A stretch of 64,000 nt of DNA from the IMG/VR virus record IMGVR_UViG_3300032280_000442, positions 160,001-224,000 of that record, one strand, 5' to 3'. The notes below the pieces were generated by a model, which did no database searches, was not told where the DNA came from, and saw nothing but the letters and a program-made list of their open reading frames with translations. Source of the DNA: a virus (lineage: Duplodnaviria > Caudoviricetes). Below, one piece after another: positions 58,701-64,000 of this stretch. Position numbers and translations under genes: made by a program. The first letter of the stretch is position 1. Every line of letters begins with the position of its first letter.

Positions 58701-59083
58701 GTGTTATATTCTAAATCGTCAGCAATAAACGATTCTTGTACATATATGTATAACTTTTCTCTAATTGGTAATATAACATTACCGTCAAATGTCTTAACTA
58801 AAAACTGACCCTCATATCTACCTTCAATACTAGTATCTTGTTTGGTAAATTGATAGTAAATATAATATTCTGGCTCAGCATTTGGGTCATCAAATATTTT
58901 TTCAACAAAACCTCCCGGTCTTGAAGTTATCTTAGGAATCCCTGTTTCAGAATTAACCATAGAAAAGAAAATTGTAGAAGTTTCCAATAATTCCATAAAA
59001 TTATTGTAATCACTTCTACCATCTTTTACTACTTGTAATTTTAATAGGGGTAAGGTTGCGTTTTTCTTTATAAAAAATTCCAT
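55772..59083 (-). CDS. Mucin-like Thr/Pro-repeat protein with BppU-like N-terminal domain and C-terminal beta-rich (propeller-like) region
   Basis: MEFFIKKNATLPLLKLQV...YYQF..QDT...GRYEGQF...ILP resembles BppU N-terminal virion-attachment domains; ~100-aa Thr/Pro tract; two CCD Cys-rich domains. Confidence 0.75.
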   Translation of the reverse strand: MEFFIKKNATLPLLKLQVVKDGRSDYNNFMELLETSTIFFSMVNSETGIPKITSRPGGFVEKIFDDPNAEPEYYIYYQFTKQDTSIEGRYEGQFLVKTFDGNVILPIREKLYIYVQESFIADDLEYNTCYTSTFPCCGNPNIVDNPDENTITIVPQYYPSSIGVLYTATSRYPVDTDITVTFKNVLGVTTGDPIIINSSVSIYTGSKEGITELIIDDDFNRLNLYTLFSDIILTDNGDSQYDNVPVIGGPVIIDPIEPRPRPRKLSANVISCCDDKQKCMTGIPSNIGAAVGVGILGSDGVCYVIQDFNVLECTETIAFNVSIYKNCSYCLSKYPCNVIQVTPTPTPTSTPNPCLITPTPTPTQTKNCQAPILQTVLNSGGNTFLLYFNVTGPCGTILVYWSVDNVNWNSSAGGCSSPRSITIPGTLPPTIYFYIQQFSNDCPSFISNTITYNVIPVTRTPTPTRTNTPTPTGTPLPSIPVSFVDCCDRSNIFIIYGAPSLGIAYEGTYYIQSSGFNGCATVIVPQNRPNLAYAYVGLIKQEDCNTCFNNTDTLCLTPTPTPTPTTTPTPTVTSLSCDFEFETVSLSPTPTSTPTTTPTVTPTKTPTQTPTITKTSTQTPTITQTKTPTPTRTIGLTVTPTPTTTKTPTSTTTLTPTPTTTKTLTPTQTPTITQTKTPTLTPTPTQTQGAIVVPQCSVIYVDAPNQPEIGKVYSYNLTTNVSTLLFNPSPPQPSTSSDIAHTNNKLWLYAGLLIYEWNITLSPFTKTYNRAINSGVPLGNGLAAINDTQLISSTGNLIIKLTLNSNNIATSETLFTLPTGRLISGDILYTTNGKIILTTYTSGVYNSYISQYSLNGNTWVLEFDKQISIPTLTPFGLATIDGGIYITNGPDIYRINTVFPYTITLINNIGRAVSGASQVPSCNNVTFITSTQTCPYCITYALPNSGVGSLTVNGLTVTTTYSGPLIPLNTVPAQSNCTSYITPSNTLIIGFNPGLFTYTLNFNQPVNNIKFLMSQGGRTSQPSSIETYTFGTNGGTPTLSICGTSCGVTINGNSVSLTYVSDTPNGGSALISVNSNTPYNQITIAGVGELSGITLAICLTTQS

Positions 59084-59119
59084 CTAAAGTTTTTATTATA
59101 AATACTTCATAATACGGAA

Positions 59120-60796
59120 TTAGCTTTCTTTTCTTAAAGAACCATCATAATGTTCAAATCGATTATGTTCCGTTGGTGTTAGTAATAACAAACCGGGTTT
59201 AATATTACCTTTAACAGTTTCCTGATAAGCGTAAGACATAAGTGTTTGTTCAAAAGGGTGAGCCCATTTAGTTTCTAAATAACATTTATAATTACCTTGT
59301 TTTGTTAAGACAATTGGCCAATTACATAAATAAATTTCACCTGATACATATGGTAATCCGTTATGAATATTAACCTCATTAAATTTTGTTCTTGGTGAAT
59401 TTGGGTCTAACCCTTGTACAGGTAGTTTTGAGTTATTAGGCCAATGTGATTGTCTAAAATCTTGAGGGACATTATACCAACTCCACTGAACACTATTATC
59501 ACCAAAAAATTCACTAAAATTTAATTTTAAAAAATCAAAATTTTCTTTATCAACAATCTCTAACGATTTTTGATATAAATTATCGACAAATCTTGGGAAT
59601 CCATTTCTACAAACTTCTCCTTTACTAAGATAAAATGCCATATCATCTTCAAACCACCAACAAAAATCTAAACCAGTTTCATCAAAATGTTCGGCAACAA
59701 ATACTCTACCTCCAACAATACCAATGTTATCTTTCTTAATATGTTCAAAACCATATTGTTCACATAACTCAATATATCTTGGCGTTGTAGATAAATCTGT
59801 TGAATTGTCCAATAAAAATTTTCTTGGTTTTTCAATAAAATCTTTATCATAATCTAACATTGATTGAATTAAAACTTCTAATTGTTTTGGTGAGTTAAAT
59901 GTTATAATATAAAGTCCAACTTTTGAATCATCCAAATTATTTATAACAACATCTTTTGACACCTCAGATTTAACTTCAACTGTCATATCTTTTAAATCTT
60001 CAAAAAATTTACCCATTAAACCATTACCCTCAATTTCAGAATAGGTAATAAGATTAGGATATTTGTATGTCATAATTGTAAATAAAGACTCTTCAGTTCC
60101 CATTAAACCATTTGAAAGAGTTTCATTCATTAGTCCGTAATAGATACTGTTAATTTCAGATATAACATTTTTTTTACCACCAAAGAAACCTGCTCGAGCA
60201 ACCATATTAACTTGTTTTCCGGCTAAATCACATAACTCTTGGTATTTGAATCCGTGAATCTCACTATTAGCTTCGTAAGGAAAACAAACAAAATGAAAGT
60301 TTTTAACTAATTGTGGTAATTTGTCTAAAACTTTGTCGTGTGTGAAGTATCCGGGATGGATTGTGTTTGTTAAACCTGCGTCAATCCAAAACATATATTC
60401 CGAATTAAACTTATCTAAAATTTTAGCATCGTGTAACAAATAAACTTTAGACATAACTAAAGGATTATACATCTCTAATTTAGCCTGTGTTGATTCTGTT
60501 AACCAACCAACTTGATTATACCAATCAGGATTAGTCCTAATTTTTTGTATTTTATCGTATAATTCATTATTCTTAAACCAAGATAAATCTCTACGAATAA
60601 ATTGTGTATTATCGTCGCGTCTATTATTAAAAACAAATTTTTCTAATTCTTCATCACCAAATATTATCATATTCACATCAACTTGTAATAGTTGTTGGAA
60701 TTTATCTAAATAATGTTGGAATGAACGAGACCACCCTTCTTGAAGGTCTCCTCTACCAATATCCCATAATCCGGTTACTAATGTTATATTATTCAT
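59120..60796 (-). CDS. Two-domain glycosyltransferase-like protein: HtrL/YibB-like + GT-A (GT2-like)
   Basis: N-terminal ITLVTGLWDIGR...YNPLVMSK...FWIDAG...AGFFGG...TEES; C-terminal YIITFN...LLDNST...NIGIVGGR...FEDDM. Confidence 0.78.
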   Translation of the reverse strand: MNNITLVTGLWDIGRGDLQEGWSRSFQHYLDKFQQLLQVDVNMIIFGDEELEKFVFNNRRDDNTQFIRRDLSWFKNNELYDKIQKIRTNPDWYNQVGWLTESTQAKLEMYNPLVMSKVYLLHDAKILDKFNSEYMFWIDAGLTNTIHPGYFTHDKVLDKLPQLVKNFHFVCFPYEANSEIHGFKYQELCDLAGKQVNMVARAGFFGGKKNVISEINSIYYGLMNETLSNGLMGTEESLFTIMTYKYPNLITYSEIEGNGLMGKFFEDLKDMTVEVKSEVSKDVVINNLDDSKVGLYIITFNSPKQLEVLIQSMLDYDKDFIEKPRKFLLDNSTDLSTTPRYIELCEQYGFEHIKKDNIGIVGGRVFVAEHFDETGLDFCWWFEDDMAFYLSKGEVCRNGFPRFVDNLYQKSLEIVDKENFDFLKLNFSEFFGDNSVQWSWYNVPQDFRQSHWPNNSKLPVQGLDPNSPRTKFNEVNIHNGLPYVSGEIYLCNWPIVLTKQGNYKCYLETKWAHPFEQTLMSYAYQETVKGNIKPGLLLLTPTEHNRFEHYDGSLRKES

Positions 60797-62459
60797 ATAT
60801 GTTGTTAAGTTCTGTTAATATTTTATAAAAACTTCTATTTTTTTTAACGTGTTCCGCCATATCAGTTCCGGCAATTCTTTCGTCTTCGTGCCACCAAGTT
60901 TCAAAATAATAATTGTAAAATAATTCAGGATGATTTCTAAACATTAATGTTATAATATCTTCCTCGTGGTATAATCGTTTATCGTGTTCAGAAACCGTAT
61001 AAACATAATTTCTAAATAATTCAATAATTGGGTCCCATAATTCTTTTCTACCACCAAACATTCCACCAATAATGTGAATACTTCGATTATAATCTATAAA
61101 ATGTATTGGATTTACCGTTCCTGACCAAAAATTTCGTTCATTCTCTTTTCCGATAAGAGTAAATTTGTCACCTGTAGTTTTAATTAAATTATTTAAAAAT
61201 AGATTATTAAATAATGGACTTTCATAATAACCTTGATTATGAGGTCCGGTTAGTGAAAGATGTTTATTTGGAATTAAACCACAGTGAGATAATCCAGCAT
61301 CAATCCAAAAATAGTAATCGTAAGATTTATCTTCATTTAAAAACCAAATAAATTTCATATATTGAATTTCAATACATCTATCTCCTCTCTTAATGCCTTC
61401 AATATCTTTATATTGATTAATTATTTCAGAAAATTCATTATCATATAGATTAAATTTAACTATTTGTAATTTTTCTCGACTAATATTATTTTCTTCGTAA
61501 AAAAATTGTTCTAAACCATCAAATTCCTCATCTGAAGTATAACAAATGAAATCGGCATTAGTCATTTTTAATATTGATAATAAACTCCATCGATAATGTC
61601 CGTGACGATTTGGTCTTCCACCTAATTCAGTTCCATATAAATTAGAATAAATTGCAGTAATAAATTTAACACTATACTCCGATTCAATATCTAATGATGG
61701 TAAATCAATTTCTAATGGTTGAAATATTGGTTTTAAAATTTTAGTTTCTTTTTTAATTAAATTTTCGGGGTATTTTTTTTCATTTTCACAATAACCCATA
61801 TCATAATATAAACCACTAATTTTGTTTTCAGTATATAAATTCCAATTATATGTAATCATATAATGATTATTATCGTTTGTTTGATTAATATCAGAAAAAC
61901 CACCTCTTTGAGTAATTACAGGTAATGACGTTGAATAACATTTAAAGTTTGAAAACACATCTTCATCAAGATATTGGTCTATTGCTTTTTGACTTTCTAA
62001 CTTGAATTTTAAGATTTCTTCACCAAATTTACGATTTATTATATAACACGCTAAATTATAAATCCCTCTATGATGAGGTTCTTTTTCAGGTAAATTAGAC
62101 AAATCCAATAAATTTTCAGAATAGTTGTTTACAGGTCTATTTAAACTAGGACCTAAATGAAAAAAATCCCATTCAATATTATTTAGTTCATTTAAAGATT
62201 TTTCTAATTGAGTTTTAGCATAAGGCATAAAGAAACAATCATCTTCGAGTATCATTATATATTCATCATTAGAATTTATAAAATCCTCAACAATTTTTAA
62301 ATGTGATAACGCACAACCATCATAACCTCCTTTATCAATACCTTCAAAAATTTCATAATCCCAACCAATATATTCCATTTCACGATTAAATTCTTCTAAT
62401 CTGTCTGTCCTACGTTTAAGATTTATTACAACTTTTCTAATATTATTAATGTCCACCAT
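60789..62459 (-). CDS. Two-domain glycosyltransferase-like protein: GT25 + HtrL/YibB-like
   Basis: N-terminal VINLKRRTDR...FEGID...GCALSH...ILEDD (GT25); C-terminal FITAIY...QYMK...FWIDAG...GGMFGG...EED. Confidence 0.82.
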   Translation of the reverse strand: MVDINNIRKVVINLKRRTDRLEEFNREMEYIGWDYEIFEGIDKGGYDGCALSHLKIVEDFINSNDEYIMILEDDCFFMPYAKTQLEKSLNELNNIEWDFFHLGPSLNRPVNNYSENLLDLSNLPEKEPHHRGIYNLACYIINRKFGEEILKFKLESQKAIDQYLDEDVFSNFKCYSTSLPVITQRGGFSDINQTNDNNHYMITYNWNLYTENKISGLYYDMGYCENEKKYPENLIKKETKILKPIFQPLEIDLPSLDIESEYSVKFITAIYSNLYGTELGGRPNRHGHYRWSLLSILKMTNADFICYTSDEEFDGLEQFFYEENNISREKLQIVKFNLYDNEFSEIINQYKDIEGIKRGDRCIEIQYMKFIWFLNEDKSYDYYFWIDAGLSHCGLIPNKHLSLTGPHNQGYYESPLFNNLFLNNLIKTTGDKFTLIGKENERNFWSGTVNPIHFIDYNRSIHIIGGMFGGRKELWDPIIELFRNYVYTVSEHDKRLYHEEDIITLMFRNHPELFYNYYFETWWHEDERIAGTDMAEHVKKNRSFYKILTELNNIYE

Positions 62460-63706
62460 TATAAATTACCTGTTATTCTATCACACCAACCTTTTGACTT
62501 ACTAAATGGCCAAACAACCCAGTATTTTGGTTTATGAACTGTTTGGAAATCTCTCCAAACTTTACAATACCCATCAGGGTCATTCATCATCATATTGATT
62601 TCATTGATGTCAGCATCTTTTCTAAAGATTGTTTCATCATTTTCATCGTGAAATGCTACAACCCAAAAATCATAATCTTTTTCCGGAACTTGATGAAATC
62701 CAATATCAATACAGTGTTTAAAGATACTGGCATAACTTGCCAACCATTCTTCCTCAGTTTCAAATATTTGAGGGTTAGGTGCATAATGTTTATCTAAAGT
62801 ATATTGTTGAACAGCTCTATTTGAAAATTTAAGACCTGAATAAATTTCATAATCTCTTAAAGTTCTTTCAGTTCCAAAACCATAATAACTAAAATCCAAA
62901 GTAACTTCTTCTCCGTCCATACCAAATAATTGACGATTTTTCTTATGAGATAATTCATTTTTCTTACCCCACTCTTTATCATCATCCCATTGTTTAGTTC
63001 TACCCTTACGAGTATATTCGTGCCAAATAACGGTTTTGTGTGGATGGAATAAATCATATCCGTGAGTGAATGCCCTAACGGCGATAGATATTTCTTCTCC
63101 GTGAAAATAAAACTCAGGGTCGTGTTGAACCTCAACACTAAATTGTCCTAATGTAAATGCCATATGGGCAGAATAAAATCGTGAAGTAACCGGTTCGGTA
63201 AGTGTTTCCCATCCCGGAATTGTTTCAGGTAAGAAGAATACAGCACCTTCAGGAATGAATCTATCAAAAGCCATTCTCCAAGGCTCCTTAACTCTACCTG
63301 CCGGGTCATTGTCCGGGTCAAATGATGATACATATCCCGTCAATAAAGGTTTCTTAAATCCTTTCTTTTGAAGTTGTTTAATCATTTTAATTAAGGTATC
63401 GTCCCAATCCTTTTCAAATCTCATATGAGAATCAATTTGTAAAGTATATTCTTCACCTTTATATAATTGTTGAACTTGATTTCTTGCCCAACAAACACCT
63501 TTTGACTCTGTATATAAGACATCAATAACTCTAAAACGTTTGTCACCTTTGAATTCGTCTAAGTTATCAAACCCATCTTCAGGATGGTATTGACGACAAA
63601 TTCCGATTATTAAATTTTTTGGCTTTTTAGCATTTTCCAACATAGATTTAATTGTTGGGATAAGTTGGGGGTCACGATAGGACGCAATTTGGACAAATAT
63701 TTTCAT
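62459..63706 (-). CDS. GT60-like polypeptide N-acetylglucosaminyltransferase (Gnt1/Skp1 GlcNAc-transferase family)
   Basis: IFVQIASYRDP, GVCWAR, LQIDSHMRF (DSH metal motif), FHGEEISIAVRAFTHGYD and IWHEY. Confidence 0.85.
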   Translation of the reverse strand: MKIFVQIASYRDPQLIPTIKSMLENAKKPKNLIIGICRQYHPEDGFDNLDEFKGDKRFRVIDVLYTESKGVCWARNQVQQLYKGEEYTLQIDSHMRFEKDWDDTLIKMIKQLQKKGFKKPLLTGYVSSFDPDNDPAGRVKEPWRMAFDRFIPEGAVFFLPETIPGWETLTEPVTSRFYSAHMAFTLGQFSVEVQHDPEFYFHGEEISIAVRAFTHGYDLFHPHKTVIWHEYTRKGRTKQWDDDKEWGKKNELSHKKNRQLFGMDGEEVTLDFSYYGFGTERTLRDYEIYSGLKFSNRAVQQYTLDKHYAPNPQIFETEEEWLASYASIFKHCIDIGFHQVPEKDYDFWVVAFHDENDETIFRKDADINEINMMMNDPDGYCKVWRDFQTVHKPKYWVVWPFSKSKGWCDRITGNL

Positions 63707-63710
63707 TTAA

Positions 63711-63751
63711 TATCTTTTTATTAAAAAAATAATATTTTTTATAAAAAGATA
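63711..63751 (-). promoter_or_regulatory. Inverted repeat occluding the translation start of the glycosyltransferase operon
   Basis: TATCTTTTTAT (63711-63721) / ATAAAAAGATA (63741-63751) plus an inner A6/T6 stem; TATTTAT motif at 63749-63755. Confidence 0.5.
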
Positions 63752-63759
63752 AATAGAAA

Positions 63760-63999
63760 TTATATACCACCGTCGGTTATTGTCCAAAATTTTGGTGCCG
63801 CTTGAAGTATTGCTTTTCCTGCCGAACCGGCTGCAGTATATTTAATTGTGTTAAAGGTAATATTTATTCCTGATTGAACAGATGGTAACGAACTCCAACC
63901 ATTGTATATCGCATTCAAGTTTGTTGTTGAATAATCACTAAACGTTTTATCCGCCATAAAATTGGTGAAATTTGTAACACCACTAACATTCCAACCACC
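63760..63999 (-). CDS. C-terminus of a DUF285/BspA-like repeat protein (5' end truncated)
   Basis: The frame extends to the window end: GGWNVSGVTNFTNFMADK...LNAIYNGWS...WTITDGG, typical of the WnVSxVTn repeat and its C-terminal cap. Confidence 0.7.
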   Translation of the reverse strand, partial: GGWNVSGVTNFTNFMADKTFSDYSTTNLNAIYNGWSSLPSVQSGINITFNTIKYTAAGSAGKAILQAAPKFWTITDGGI

Positions 64000-64000
64000 A

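Noticed and set aside
4339-63333. Numerous 60-170 aa ORFs nested in or antisense to long genes (e.g. 12423, 31924, 33509, 46640)
   Set aside because: Fully overlap well-supported genes, have no recognisable motifs or own expression signals, and are expected from codon bias.
59120-63706. Glycosyltransferases as T4-type DNA glucosyltransferases
   Set aside because: T4 DNA glucosyltransferases are GT-B fold and linked to hydroxymethylase genes. These are GT-A-type families, sit with putative virion genes, and no base-modification genes are in the window. Not formally excluded.
1-64000. Stop-codon reassignment (seen in some large phages)
   Set aside because: Core genes are full length in the standard code, coding density is high, and TAG and TGA both act as stops (e.g. 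ssb; the 294-aa gene).
1-64000. tRNA or other known structured RNA genes
   Set aside because: Intergenic gaps are short and I saw no cloverleaf or T-loop pattern. A tRNAscan/Infernal run would be needed to exclude them formally.

Overview
AT-rich 64-kb segment of a large T4-like (contractile-tailed) dsDNA phage, with most genes on the minus strand. A Bacteroidota host is suggested by inference only: A-rich start regions without Shine-Dalgarno motifs, a eukaryote-like class Ia RNR and a Bacteroidota-type Ig domain. The window holds baseplate, tape-measure, tube, sheath and neck genes interleaved with a replication module (SSB, RecA/UvsX, 5'-3' exonuclease, DnaB helicase, NrdAB, SNF2 helicase, family B polymerase). 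The strongest candidate for an undescribed system is at 50.3-63.7 kb. There, a translationally coupled three-gene operon with about five glycosyltransferase-like domains, led by a GT60-type polypeptide GlcNAc-transferase (DSH motif), lies directly upstream of two mucin-like proteins (Thr/Pro tracts alternating with repeated Cys-rich domains) and a Nal1-like serine protease. This suggests phage-encoded mucin-type O-glycosylation of virion appendages. Other signals missed by the ORF track: two copies of a ribbon-helix-helix + HNH endonuclease cassette; a probable +1 frameshift (UUU_UUU_CGC) in the tail assembly chaperone; an orphan antisense sigma70-type promoter followed by an AT-rich unwinding-like tract (candidate origin); a recurring TATTTAT putative late-promoter motif; and hairpins that occlude translation starts. 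All protein-family calls come from recognising motifs by eye; no database search was run.
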